From: the human T2T-CHM13v2.0 reference genome, Homo sapiens
Assembly: GCA_009914755.4 (NCBI GenBank)
Contig: CP068257.2
Coordinates: 30,272,001-30,336,000 of the forward strand
DNA: 64,000 nt
Reading direction: 5' to 3'
Shown: positions 30,715 through 44,900 of the stretch, one piece after another
How positions within the stretch are numbered: position 1 is the first letter of the stretch
Layout of the letters: each line of letters starts with the position of its first letter
Position numbers and translations under genes: made by a program
The notes under the pieces: generated by a model
What the model was told of the DNA's origin: nothing
What the model saw: the letters and a program-made list of their open reading frames with translations, nothing else
Databases searched by the model: none

Positions 30715-31190
30715 TTTGCTTCAGGGTGTACCTGTGCAGGTTTGTTACATGGGTATATTGCGTGATGCTGAGGTTTGGGGTACAGATTCCATCACCCAGG
30801 TACTGTGCATAGTACCCAACGGGTAGTTTTTCAACCCTCGTCCTCCTCTTTCCCACCCTTCTCTGGTAGTTCTCAGTATCTGTTGTTCCTGTCTTTGTGT
30901 CCATATGTACCCAATGTTCAGCTCCCACTTACAAGGAAGAACATGCAATATTTGATTTTTTTTTTCTTTGTTAATTTGCTCAGGATAATGACTTCGAGCG
31001 GCATCCATGTTGCTGCAGAGGGCATGATTTCATTCTTTTTTATGGCTGCATGGTATTCCATGGTACATATGTACCCCGTTTTCTTTACCCAGTCCACCTT
31101 TGATAGGCACCTAGTTTGGTTACGTGTCTTTGCGGTTGTGAATAGCGCTGTAGTGTCTTTTGGGTAGAATGATTGATTTTCACCCTTTTT
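30715..31190 (+). mobile_element. L1 (LINE-1) fragment, ORF2 3' / 3'-end region
   Basis: TTCAGGGTGTACCTGTGCAGGTTTGTTACATGGGTATA...AGCTCCCACTTACAAGGAAGAACATGCAATATTTG...GCTCAGGATAATGACTTCGAGC...TTTTTTATGGCTGCATGGTATTCCATGGTACATATGTACC matches the L1 consensus. Confidence 0.85.
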
Positions 31191-31439
31191 TATTCCAGTT
31201 GTCTCTCAATTTTTCTGCCTCTTTGGATCATTTGTGTCCTCTTTGATCACTGTTGAGTAGCTGAGCAGAGGGTCTGGGTTGCTCACTGTTCTGAATGGAC
31301 TCAGGGACATAACTTCAGGGGGCTAAGGATGTCCCACAGTGAACTGCCTGAGTGAGGCACTTGGTTGTAGTTGTACCATTCTTAGTGTGGATTGCTTAGG
31401 AAAGGGAAATGTATCCAAAAGCTGCTTTTACAAAAATTT

Positions 31440-32470
31440 ATAGACAATGTTTTTTAGAGCAGTTTCAGATTTACAGAAGACTTGCATAGAAACTATGAGA
31501 GTTCCCGCATACCTTCCCCCTACTCACATTTTCCCTGTTACGAATATCTTGTGTTCCCCTGGCACATTTGTTACAATGGATGAACCAGCATGGATACAGT
31601 CGTATTAACTAAGGTCTGAGTTTACCTTAGGGTTCACTCTGTGATGTCCAGTTCTGTGGATTTTGATAAATGCACAGTATCATGTAACACCACTACAGTA
31701 CCATAAAGAATAATTTTAACACCCTAAAACCCCTCTATACTCCACCTATTCATCTCTCCTTTTTTCCCTCGCACACCCCAACCCCTGGCAGCCACTGCTC
31801 TTTTTACCATCGCCATAGATTCCCAGAGTGTCATACAGTTGGAGTCAAACAGTATGTAGCCATTTCTGACTAGCTTCTTTCAATTAAAAGCATGCATTTG
31901 ACGTTCCTCCATGTCTTTCCAAGTGAATCACACCATTTTTGGCTCATCTTATTTGTTTTTATCACTGAAGATAAAAAGATATTCTGTAATATCTTATCTC
32001 TTTTTTCTTTTTCTTTTTTATTTTTTGAGATGGAGTCTCACTCTGTCGCCCTAGGCTGGAGCGCAGTGGCACAATTTTGGCTCACTGCAACCTCCGCCTC
32101 CCGGGTTCAGGCGAGTAGCTGGGATTACAGGTGTGTGCCACCACGCCTGGCTAATTTTTGTATTTTTAGTAGAGACGGGGTTTCACCATTTTGGCCTGGC
32201 TGGTCTTGAACTCCTGACTTCAGGTGATCAACCCGCCTCAGCTTCCCAAAGTGCTGGGATTATGGGTGTGAGCCACCGCGCCCAACCTTATTTCTTTTTA
32301 TCACTGAATATGCCATTGTTTGGGTGTGCCAACGTTTGTTTATCCATTCTGCTGCTGAAGGACATCTTGGGTGCTTCCAGTTTGGGGAAAGAATGATTGA
32401 AACTGCTATAAACATTTATGTCCATAAGTTTTCCACTCATTTAGGTAAATACCTAGGTAAAAGCTATTTT
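31440..32470 (+). mobile_element. Old L1 (L1M-type) 3' end with a nested antisense Alu at 32021-32287
   Basis: TTTTTAGAGCAGTTTCAGATTTACAGAAGACTTGCATAGAAACTATGAGAGTTCCCGCATACC ... TTTATCACTGAATATGCCATTGTTTGG...CTGCTGAAGGACATCTTGGGTGCTTCCAGTTTGG. Confidence 0.7.
32021..32287 (-). mobile_element. Alu SINE (antisense) with ~20-bp internal deletion, inserted into the L1M
   Basis: TTTTTTGAGATGGAGTCTCACTCTGTCGCCCTAGGCTGGAGCGCAGTGG ... GAGCCACCGCGCCCAACC. Degenerate A-tail at 31976-32020. TSD TTATTTGTTTTTATCACTGAA. Confidence 0.85.
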
Positions 32471-35400
32471 AAAAAATGAGATTTTAGTGCCTTTTGTCCT
32501 AAAGTCTGGAAGAAAGTGTTCTCTCTCTTCCTATTGGATAAGTTACAAAGGACAGAGCAGGAAGTGGAAGTAAATAAAGCCAAAGGCTATTGAATGTTCT
32601 TTTCTTTTGCGTGGGTAAGTACACTGATCTTTTGGACAGAGACAGAAGTAGCTCACCCTCCCATTAACTAGCCATGGAACCTTTAAGCAGTTGGATTGGT
32701 TGTCACTGAAACCTTTTAGAAATCTGGACAAATAACCCAGGTTAACCAGGTTTATTCTGTGCATTTTTCTTAGGGGATGGGAGTTGGTTATAATGGGATG
32801 CTATGGGTGGGAAGATAGTGACTTTGAACTGATTTTATTTTTTTCTCAGTTTGCCTAATAATTATTTTTAATATGTCCTGCCCTAGTTTTAGGACATTTC
32901 CTAGATTTGAAAAGCGGATATTTTTTTTTCTTTTGCATTTTCTCTTATTTTTGGTCTTTCGTTTATATCATTCTTCTAATCACTGTGGTTGTTCTCTAGG
33001 CTTTTGTGGCCCCAGAATTACCCAACTTAGTTTTATTGTTCTTGGCAGTTGCTGTCTTTTACCTTGCCTCTTTAGGATGTTTTTCCCCACAGTATTTGCT
33101 CTGAACCAAATTTCTCCTTTAATGCCTTAGAGGGGCTTCCATTCTTCCCAGGCAAAGAGGGCTTAACTTCGTTTGAAACAAACTGTGGCCTTCCTTTAGA
33201 TTTAGAGAGTACTGCTGTTTATAATCAGGGCTCACGGAATCACAGTTTGGGATATTGCTGGCATACTATTTTGTGTATGCATGTGTGTGTTTCGGAATTA
33301 CTGTTTATGCCTGAATAGAAGTCAGGCTGATATTACATCTTCAGTATCTTCAGAAAAGAAGAAGTGCCTTACAGAGTCCTTGCAAGTCTCTCATATGATA
33401 AGGACACAATTTCAATCATAGTATTTTATTTTCAATAACAAAGTACTAGTTAGAGAAGACACATAAACCTTTATTTGGCTCACTGATGACTTTGGGTGCT
33501 CTAGAAATCACTCGAGGAACCCAGTAGGAAGGAAGGTAAAAGCATTTATGGGGCTTTAATAATAACTTCTAGAGATACGGCCTCTTGATTGTGAGAGTTT
33601 GAGAGACCAGTCTCAAAACAGTTCACTGAGTGGTTAATTTATGGAGATTTTAAATGGGTGTGTATGATTTGGGATAAGATTTCCAGCAAGTGCCTCATAT
33701 GCAAATTTTAAAAATACTTTATCTCAAATATCCAGTCACCTGAAAGATCATGTTACATTGAACCACTGCACAAGGACTCAAAAAGTCATCCTGGTTCTGC
33801 CTGTGACTAGTTTGAATAAAATTGTTTCATGAAATGTGACAGTGTGGAAACAGTATTTCTTAAATTAACTATGTTAACCTTTTAATGTATGGTCTTAAAT
33901 AGGAGGATGCAGCTTCAAAGATAAGTAGTATCAACAGTCATTTAATAATTCTATTGCATTCCTAAAAATTATACATTTGTGTTTTCCAAAAACCTTTTAC
34001 TGAGGGACAAAGTCTTCCTGTTGGAAAAGCGAGGATATCACTGTATATTTGGAGTCACCCTATATTTGGACACGTGATATCTTTAAAAGGCAGACACAGT
34101 TTTGAAGTATTCTGTGTATTGTTTCATTTGGAGTGAAGGGAAAGTATGTAATTCTTCTTCCCATTGGTGGGCACATTGGATTGGGGAATGTCTGTTTATA
34201 TCCCCAGTTTGAACATGGATCTTCCTTCTCAGCCAGTGCCCAGCCTTAAGGCTATTGGCAACTTTGAATCTGTTGGACACCTTTTAGAGTTCACCTTTTT
34301 TTCTGCATTTGACTCCTTAATTCTTACCATCTTGTAGTCCTGCCCTTCCTGTGACAACAGCCTGGCTGACATAACCCCTGCCCACCCCGCAACTGTTCTT
34401 TCCCAGTTTGCTGTGAATGCCAGTGTTCCCCACCAGCCTGTTGGGTCTTTCCCCCGCACCAGTTCTCTGCCCTCACCTTCACAATCTCACGTCCTTTCAA
34501 GGCTTCAGCATCTGCCCATATTGAGGTTGAAAACTGGTAGCCTGCAAGGTTGGGGTTATGGTTGTTTTAAATATGAGTTTGTTGCCAACATTTAAAAATT
34601 GAGATCAAATCCAGACCTCTGGCTTCTTCTGTAGAATGAGGTGAGCTGGCAGTGTTGGGACCGAGCCGTGAGTAGCTGTCCCCGTTAGTGGGGCACTGCT
34701 GTCCTGTTTGCCACAGCCAGTCCTAGCTATCGCTCCTTTTTGTTTCAGACATTGACGTAGTGTATCAGTTGCCGTTTTTGTTTTAACATGATTACGCCAT
34801 TCAGTTCCCTACAATAGAGATAAGAGGAAAAAGAAACATTTCTCTTGCCTATCTCTCTATTCAAAAGTGAGAAAATAAAAGCTGGACCAAGAATGGTATG
34901 TTTAAAAACGGTGGAAGAGAACGTGTGTTTGTATGTGTGTGTTTGTGTGTGTCTGTGTGTGTGCGTGTGTGTAAGAGTGTTTTTACATAGTTAACATTCA
35001 AGGTATGCCTGCATTGGCAGGCTACAATTTAAGATGCCAGAGCTGATAATAATTGACCTAGATGGTTTTGATGTCCAAGTACATCCTTTGCCCACATAAA
35101 TACTTCTGCTTCTGAAATCTCAAATGATCTCATCAGTAATCTGGATTCATTGGTATTTACTGAGTACCTGGAATGTGCAAAAGTACTGGGGTGCAATGGG
35201 AAGCAGGGTAGACATGTTTCCTGCCTTCTAGGAGCTTACAGTCGCAGGCGCAGACACCAGAGACACCTCACACTCAACATGACCCTGGGCTCATTTCTCC
35301 CTTCCACCTCCTCCCGTCACCTCAGTGTCAATGCATGGCATCACCCATTATCTGATTAGCAATCTTCATTCCATCTGGAACTTAATTCCCTTGAGCTCTG

Positions 35401-35590
35401 TAAAGTTAACATGTTCTCGGGTGTGACAGCAGGAATTAGGACACCAACATCTTTGGAGTCCATTATTTTGCCCATGATAATATCTGCCTGCTAAATAGAT
35501 TAACTTATCATCACCTGCCAGTTTGTTATGACCCTTGGGCTCCAAACATGGAGGTCACTGGACTCATCAATTAAGTTGGCTTTCATGTGT

Positions 35591-35899
<309 letters not shown>

Positions 35900-36354
35900 T
35901 CATGTGTTGTTTTTTTTTTTTTTTTTAAATTGCTTCCCCAAATCTGATGTTGCTCATAGTGTCACCAACCCAGGGCCACATTCATATGAAATATTTGCCT
36001 GGCCGCTCAGGCTGTGCCATCTTGAGTGATGTGTTCCTCTCTCCCCACACCCTGGTTCTGCTTAACTTCCAGGTTCCAGTTTAGGTCTTGCTTTTTCCAG
36101 AAACTTTTCATGATCCCTTCTGTCCTCTTTGCTGTCTGTCATGTCTGAAATTCTTCAGCTTTTATAGTCTACAGCAATTAATTATTAATATATCATGTCT
36201 TTTAAATATTTACTTGTTGATTGAGTTTTGGCAGAAAGCTTTATGGGTTGGTTAGAAATGGCTCTAAAAACAGTTCATTTCCCTTCAGAAGCAAAAGGTA
36301 ATTCCATTATTTCGAATGCTTATCTGAAATGCTGTGTGGTTTTGTTTATTTCAG

Positions 36355-36410
36355 AGACTTGAAGATAGAGAATTTGCTACTAGATGAAGACAATAATATC
36401 AAGCTGATTG
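36355..36410 (+). CDS. HUNK: Coding exon (56 nt), kinase catalytic loop (R)DLKIENLLLDEDNNIKLI(D)
   Basis: Acceptor tttgtttatttcAG at 36353-36354. Donor TTG|GTATGA at 36411. Frame continues from exon 2 (AG+A) and leaves a G that completes the Asp of DFG with the next exon. ORF-track peptide FRDLKIENLLLDEDNNIKLIG. Confidence 0.88.
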
Positions 36411-37462
36411 GTATGACTTTTTTTTTTTTTAAGCAAAAGTATCTTTTAAGTGTTGTGTTGTCAGTTCTCAACTTTGAAAATTATCCATGGTCTATCTCTA
36501 ATACCCAGACAATATTCTAGATTATCTTCTTTTACCTCCAATATTTAATAATGGTTTTGAAAATGGGTCATGTGTTTCCTTGTCTTATTCAAACTATAGC
36601 TTCTCCATAAATTCAGATGGAGCTGACCTTTTGTAGAATTTATTTTTATTTGGATTAACTGGAAAACTTCTTTAAAATAGTGAAAGATAGTTTGGCTTAG
36701 AAATGCTTCCCATAGCTTCGCCATATCTCATTCCACTTCTTGGTGAATGCAGGGATGCCTAAAGTAAGGGAGAATGCAATTGACCTTCTCTTTTTAATAC
36801 AATCTTTATTCAGGCTTGTTGGTACAATGGGAGCTGTGCAGAGAAGTCCCCACAAAGGGATAATTAGAAGTCTGAACCAATCAGAAGGAAGCTACAAGAT
36901 GGGGCATCATAATTGGTTCATAATTCATGGTCCATAGCAAATTCACTGCACAACTCGTTTTCTAGACGAATTCAGGTGGTTCTGTTGTTGTTATTTTCTC
37001 CCTCTGTGGTCGCTCTGGGCAGAATTCAGGGCATCATTTTTATATCCAGATATTAAATGGCACCATCTTTTATTCCCCTCTTTTCTTTTTTCTCCCACCT
37101 CAGATGCAAGTAATTTCTTTTACCTCAATGGCTTGAAAAGACTTTATATGAGGGGAAAAGAGAAGGATCAATAGGACTTTGTGAATTTAACTTTTATGCC
37201 CAAGAAGGAACTTTTGTTTGACAAATGCTGAAAGTCATTACAAGATTCTCCAAAACACATCATTAAAATGACTTATTAGATATTTTGGGATTACAGTCAG
37301 CTCCCAATTCAGTACTGGGCAAGAGGATGCACAGACTCTGGATAATTAAACACCACTGATAGGTGTTGATGGATACACTTATTACTAGAGAGTTAATCGT
37401 GAAGAGGAAACCAATTTTTCCCCAAAAGCATTTAGAAGAATCTATTCTTAGAAGATTCTTAG

Positions 37463-37832
<370 letters not shown>

Positions 37833-38121
37833 TAGTTGTCTTGAGGGGCCAAGTGCAGAAGCTGGAAAACAAGGCACTCGTGTTGAAATGCTTGCAGGAA
37901 GTCTCTCTGGTCCTCATTTCCGAGATCTGGAGTGTTAAACAAAGGGGCCTCCTGGTGTGGGGTAGGGAATGGAGGAAAGGAGTTTTTTGTTTTAGGTTCC
38001 CTGTAACTGTTCTTTGGAAAATGTGGAGGTGACAGTGATAGAGTTGTCCTAACAGCACCAGAGACTATAAAAGAACAGACTTTGTAACAGCAGTATTTAT
38101 ATGACAATAAAAGTTAGAATA

Positions 38122-38548
<427 letters not shown>

Positions 38549-40192
38549 CTAGGTGACCACTGACAGAACTATCTTGTGGAATAAGCAATGGTGAAATGCA
38601 CAGACCTTTTTATTGGTTGGACGTTTGCTCAGGGGATTCTAGGAAAACCAATCATTTCACTGCTGCAATCGGTGGATGCATTTATAAGGAGCTCACGGAT
38701 TGGTTGAGTAATAGAACCTCTTAGAGGAGACCTGTCCAGTCAAGTGAGGAAATTATACACCTAAATCAGAGCCCACCCCTTCCCCTCTTGCTGCATGTTA
38801 TGGTCACTCTTTGGGTGCCAGGAACCATTTTATTCAAATCTCTCAGAGTCATCACCTCTCTGCTGGCAATGGCTGGGTGGGCACTACAAAGACATTTTAG
38901 GTATTTGGGACAAAATCGGCTCCTTCAGAAAGCAGGATGCCCGCACCTGCTAGAAAGGAGGCAGTGACCATTGGATTTCCCTTTGTTAAAGATGCCAATT
39001 TGGTTGCCAGTTCTCTACTGAGCAGTGGAAACTGAGGAACCCTACCTCATACCTGCCCCGAGAGAGAGACCTTAGACCACACCTGAGGGCTGGTAGGAAC
39101 TGCATTTTGTTAAGAAAGAACCGCATTTCCGGAAGGCATGGAGGGAGAGATGAAGGCCCAGTGTGTTGTGAGGTTTCTTGCCCCTGGGTTGGGCAATTTA
39201 GATCAAAGATCTTCCAACTCCTGTCTTTTTTGTAAGTTGAAAGCTCTTTGAACCTTCTTTTCTTCAAAGGCATTACCTACTTTTTTTTTTCAAAGGTGAT
39301 TATAGCTATTATGATTGCCTCTTAATAGTTTCTCTTTCTTTGAAAGAATTTGGTTTAAATAAATCTACTTAAGCCATGTTTCAAATTAACTAGAATTACC
39401 AGGAGTAAGATTTGATTTAATCAGGAGGTTTTTTTTCCCTTTCAAAAAAAGCAGTCTGATGTCTGGTAAGTTTAATCTTAAAATGGAAGAGCTGCAACTT
39501 AGGAGAGTTTTGCACTTCAGTATTCCAAAACAGGTTCACTTGGGCGTTTTGTGAGATTCATTCTGTAGCTCTCAGAAAATTGAGTCGTCGTTGGTTGATA
39601 TATTTACCAAACCTAATTGAGACAGACCCATGTGACATTGCTGGGAGGTGGCCTTCTCTCAAGTTCCACAATTCCAATTATAGGCAGATGTGTACAGTTT
39701 TAATAATTTCAATTATGAATGTGAAGCAAACTGGTTGTTTCTCTACAAATATATTTTAAATCAAACCCTTTTGGCTAGATCAACATAAGTTGCTTAACAT
39801 GCAGATTCTCTCTCTTCCACCTCCCAGATCCTCTGCTAAGTTTTCTTCTTGAAACTGTGCTCAAGATAAGGCCAGACTGTTCCCAAACTTGCCTGGGATG
39901 GTGGAGGGTGATCTGGCCTCTTATCTCTCTCTCTGCCCTCTTCTGAGAACAAGTCCTTCTTTCTGGACCTCAGGTCTCAGGGTGGTGAGGAAGTGAACAG
40001 ATCGAGGCAGCCCTTTGCTGTGAAGGGACTGCTTTGAGATTAGGAACAGAGTCTTTTGCTTTGATCTCAGAAGTTTAGAGATAACAATTTCCAGGACTCT
40101 GATGAAATTGGGCCTCCCCAGCTATTATTGTGTTTATTTGATGGTGCTGTCTCTCACAGTAGGTGCTCCTCACACATTTGTTTGTTCATTAA

Positions 40193-40681
<489 letters not shown>

Positions 40682-40788
40682 TAAGGTGGGAATCCAGAGA
40701 CAGTCCCACACCCATGACTCCTGAAGGACTTATCTGGGACAGGGTTTGTGGGGTCTATGGGTCTGGCTGGGTTGATGGGAAAGGAAAT

Positions 40789-40815
40789 GGGGTGTGGGGG
40801 GAGGGTTGGGGAGGG
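40789..40815 (+). other. Canonical G-quadruplex motif (G4)
   Basis: GGGGTGTGGGGGGAGGGTTGGGGAGGG: four or more G-runs of at least 3 with short loops. Confidence 0.7.
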
Positions 40816-42226
40816 AAGAGTAAGGGAGTCAAGGAGGAGAAGGGGAGGGAGGTTAAGGGAGAAATATGGAATCATAAAAAAACAAAAGAAGAGCTCAGTG
40901 TTTGGACATGCAGCATGCCTGGTTGGTTTGCTTGCCATTCCCTCTTATAGTTTGGGCTGAAGAGTCTGGGTGATATTTAGAGTCTTCAAGAGTTTTCTGA
41001 GCTCTGCTTAGATGAGATTCTTTTTAGAAAAGCTTAACGCAATGACTTTTGGAAAACATTTTGGCTGTGACATCTTGATCCATGGTGTGCAATTAACTTC
41101 ACAGACTGGACTGTATTTCTCCTTCCCTGAGATTTCCTACAACGTTCCTAATGGTCATGTGCCTTGCAGGTGGAGACATGTTAGAGTGAGGTGAGAATAC
41201 ATTCGTGAAACTGGACATAAATACTGCCGATTGAGAAAGTGCGAGAGTTTTGTTCAAGACTGGAAGCCTGTCTCTGCCTGAGCCCTGCAGCCCGAGTCTT
41301 CTGTTTGTGGGGGATGGACCATAATATTTACATTGAAGTTCAAAGGATGAGCTGCGATCTTAATTCTGAGATCAACAAAGATTAAGGAAAGATTCAGATG
41401 AGGGCATAACAGTAACAGCTCTTTAATTACCTGTCAGTTTCAGTATCTTTAAGATCAAAAGATAAACATGGCGCAGAAGGCATAATAGACCCAAAGTCAC
41501 TCGATGCAGTGGGCTTTCTCCCCCCTCTTCCTGGGCATCTTAATCATCCAGGAACAAAGCAGTGCCATGAGGTCGCTTAGTCTAGTTTGCATTGCCATCT
41601 TTCTGGTGCTACTTTTCCAGCCAGCATTCAGGGTTGTTTAAACTGTTGGGTGTATTTTTCCCCTCTTCAAGTCACTATATGTGCTGCATAACTTAGGGGG
41701 AATTTTTAAAAGACTTTCATGAAACGAAAACATTCAGCTGAAAAAGTCAACTGTAAGTGGCTGGATTGCATGTCACTGAGGGTGACACAGGCAGCCAGAG
41801 AGAATCAATCTTCCCTCATCTTTTCCCCACTTGGCAGCTTGGGAGCTAACTCAAATCCCCTCTGCTTGTTCTTTCTTCCTGCCTTCATCCTAGAAAGCGA
41901 ATTCTCTCTTTTTTTCCTGGATGACTCATTTAAAAGATTGGATGGAAATAGGTTTTAGTTCAGCATACTGTTTGCTCTAACTGGCTTTAACAGTGAGGCC
42001 CGATGTCAAATGCTCTCAGCTAAGCCAGGGAATTCTTTTGCCTTGAGTCTCGTATCCAGACGTTATGGTTTGCAGCTGCTACAGTTTTCTTTAGGATGCT
42101 AAATGATGTGTTAGCCTGAGAGAATGTTTCCTTTCCTGCTGCCCTTTTTATTTTTCCTTTTGTTCCTCCCTCTTCATTTCCGCAGTTTTCTAATTCGGAG
42201 CTTGTTTTGTTCACCTCTCTTTGCAG

Positions 42227-42362
42227 ACTTTGGTTTGAGCAACTGCGCAGGGATCCTGGGTTACTCGGATCCGTTCAGCACACAGTGTGGCAGCCCTGCC
42301 TACGCTGCACCTGAACTGCTCGCCAGGAAGAAATACGGCCCCAAAATCGATGTCTGGTCCAT
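42227..42362 (+). CDS. HUNK: Coding exon (136 nt), DFG motif and activation loop through subdomain IX: (D)[44 protein letters not shown](I)
   Basis: Acceptor ctctttgcAG at 42225-42226. Donor CAT|GTGAGT at 42363. Conserved kinase motifs DFG, APE and DVWS. Phase is consistent with the flanking exons. Confidence 0.9.
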
Positions 42363-42814
42363 GTGAGTTATCAAGCTTCTGAAAGTCAGTGTTCCTCCTG
42401 CTGTCTCCACCGTGCCTTCCTTATGAAATCATGCCTGAGTATTGGATGGCATGTATAGGTGACAGGCCCAGGAGTATGTCATCAGGGATTCTTTGGGGCC
42501 TGGCTTTCCATCTCTGTTCCTTCTGTTTTTTTCTGCACAAACTGTCAGAGTGGCCTTTACCAAAATTCACTGCGGTGCTGAGAAGAGAAGAAAACCACGT
42601 CCTGCCCTCACAGAGCTCACATTCTGGCTCTGCGACTCATTTATGCCCCATCCTCCTGCCCTTAGCTTCCCATCGCCCTCTGTGTGAAGCTCCATCCTGC
42701 TGCCTGGCCTGTGCTCCTTGCGGGACTTGCTCGCCCATCTCTCCTACCCCCTGTCCTGCTCACAGTTCTTCAGACATATTGACCTCCCTTTTGTCGCTCC
42801 CACCTCTGGGCTTG

Positions 42815-43104
42815 TTTTTTTTTGAGGCAGAGTCTTTCTCTGTCGCCCAGGCTAGAGTGCAGTCGTGTGATCTCAGCTCACTGCAACCTCCCCTTCCCAG
42901 GTTCAAGTGATTACCCTGCCTCAGCCTCCCAAGTAGCTGAGATTACAGGCATGCACCACCATGCCCAGCTAATTTTTGTATTTTTAGTGGAGACGAAGTT
43001 TCACCATGTTGGCCAGGCTGGTCTCAAACTCCTGACCTCAGGTGAACCACCCGCCTCGGCCTCCCAAAGTGCTGGCATTACCGGCATGAGCCACGCGCCC
43101 GGCC
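42815..43104 (-). mobile_element. Alu SINE (antisense)
   Basis: TTTTTTTTTGAGGCAGAGTCTTTCTCTGTCGCCCAGGCTAGAGTGCAGTCG ... GAGCCACGCGCCCGGCC. Confidence 0.9.
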
Positions 43105-43149
43105 GTTCACTGGTGATGCCTGGAATGTCCTTTCCCAGCTCTTTGGATG

Positions 43150-43610
43150 GCCTGCGGATTCCCACATCCCATTCTCAAGCCAGTGGCACCTGCACATTCC
43201 CACATCCCATTCTCAAGCCAGTGGCGCCTGCGCATTCCCACATCCCAGGCTCAAGCCAGTGGCGCCTGCGCATTCCCATATCCCAGTCTCAAACCAGTGG
43301 CGCCTATGCATTCCCACAGCCCATTCTCAAGCCATTGGCGCCTGCGCATTCCCACATCCCAGGCTCAAGCCAGTGGCGCCTGCGCATTCCCACATCCCAG
43401 TCTCAAGCCAGTGGCGCCTGCGCATTCCCACATCCCAGTCTCAAGCCAGTGGCGCCTGCGCATTCCCACATCCCGGGCTCAAGCCAGTGGCGCCTGCGCA
43501 TTCCCACATCCCGGGCTCAAGCCAGTGGCGCCTGCGCATTCCCACATCCCAGTCTCAAGCCAGTGGCGCCTACGCATTCCCACATCCCATTCTCAAGCCA
43601 ATGGCGTCAC
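43150..43610. repeat. 38-bp minisatellite, ~12 tandem copies (VNTR candidate)
   Basis: Unit GCATTCCCACATCCCAGTCTCAAGCCAGTGGCGCCTGC with variants at CCCA(GT/TT/GG)CTC or CCCGGGCTC. The unit is stop-free on + and 38 mod 3 = 2, so all three + frames stay open. Confidence 0.95.
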
Positions 43611-44154
43611 TGCCGAGATCATTTCTGAGCTCCCTGCCAGGGAGTCCCCCGTACTCTGTCCTCACCCTTTTAATTTCGTTCTCGGCACCTCTCAATGCCT
43701 GTCCTTTTCCTGTTTTAAATCCATTCCTCTCCTGTCTCCCCAGCCAGCAAGGACTCTGCACGAAGGGAGGGAATTGGTTGGTCTGGTTCACCATTTTGTT
43801 CCCAGGGTCTGGTACAGGAAGGGCCACCAGGGGTAAGCACAATAAATATTTGGAGGATGAATCCTCAGTTGCACCAAAGGTAGAGCCTGGGTCCCCCATG
43901 GTCCCAGTGAGTCACCCCCTCCACCATCCCCTGTCAGTGATGGTACAGGGTCAGTTCAGAGTCTTGGATTCTTGGATAGGACTCAATCCTTTGCCATAGG
44001 GAAATGGGCTGTAGAGAGAGTGAGGTTCTGATTAAGATATAGACGAGAAAGACTCGTTTGCGTGAAGGGTGTGTTGATCCGGAGTATTTCTGGAATTCCC
44101 CTGCATCTCTTCATATTCACTGTAACCCCCTTGTCCAGGTTGGCAGAAAAGCTA

Positions 44155-44375
44155 ACGCTTACTTAGTGCTTGATGTGTGCCAGACACCATGTCACTTAGT
44201 TTCACAATGACCCAGTGCAATCATTACTCTCTATTACCCTATTTTATGGAAGAAGAAACCCATCATAAGAGAAATGAATAAAATCGCCCAAGGTCATAGA
44301 GCTGCTAAGTGGTAGAGTGGGATTTGAACCAAGCAGTGTCCTTTCAGGGTCTCAAGATACAGCCCCAGCTCTCCA
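44155..44375 (-). mobile_element. MIR SINE (antisense)
   Basis: TTTTATGGAAGAAGAAACCCATCATAAGAGAAATGAATAAAATCGCCCAAGGTCATAGAGCTGCTAAGTGGTAGAGTGGGATTTGAACCAAGCAG matches reverse-complement MIR (CCCATTTTACAGATGAGGAAACTGAGGCACAGAGAGGTTAAGTAACTTGCCCAAGGTCACACAGCTAGTAAGTGGCAGAGCTGGGATTCGAACCCAGG). Confidence 0.75.
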
Positions 44376-44767
44376 ACGTGGCGTGTGGGGACCCTTGCTT
44401 GCCCTGTGGCCTCGCTGAAGGCATGCCCACTCCCCTCCTCTCCCCATCCATTCTCTGGCTAACCTGGCATTGTTTCCTATTCCCTGAACACAGCCTGCTC
44501 CTGCTACATTCCAGCCCTTACATGCACAGTTCCTTCGGCCTGGAACCCTCTCTTTTTCCCTCTTGTGTTGTTGGGTGCAGGTTCCTCTGGGCAGCCCTCT
44601 GTGTCTCCAGCTGGCTGGCTTTGAGGCCCTCCCATGTACCCTCCAGTGCCTGGCTATCTGTGTTCCTGGGCCTCACCGTGAGGTCTCAGTCCACCTGCTG
44701 GAACCCTCTGGGCTGTAGCTGAGGGGGCAGGGACCACTTGGCTCACTCCCAGGATTTCCTCAGCACC

Positions 44768-44900
44768 TGGTGGAACTTGGAGGAAGGGAGGGAGGAGAAA
44801 AAGGAGGTGGGAAGGAGGAGAGAGGAAGGAGAAAGGAAAGGAAGGACGGAGGGAGGGAGGAAGGAAGAGAAAAGGGAAAGAGGGACAGGAGGAAGGAGCA
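44768..44900. repeat. Polypurine GA/GGA-rich tract (~130 bp)
   Basis: GGAGGAAGGGAGGGAGGAGAAAAAGGAGGTGGGAAGGAGGAGAGAGGAAGGAGAAAGGAAAGGAAGGACGGAGGGAGGGAGGAAGGAAGAGAAAAGGGAAAGAGGGACAGGAGGAAGGAG. Confidence 0.9.

Noticed and set aside
43150-43610. Possible CRISPR-like array (regular direct repeats)
   Set aside because: Repeats are contiguous with no unique spacers. The context is a primate intron full of Alu/L1. This is a eukaryotic minisatellite, not CRISPR.
42822-43999. Three overlapping long + strand ORFs (268, 229 and 246 aa) rich in P/S/H/A
   Set aside because: They are entirely generated by the stop-free 38-bp minisatellite (period not divisible by 3) and the preceding Alu. No coding signal.
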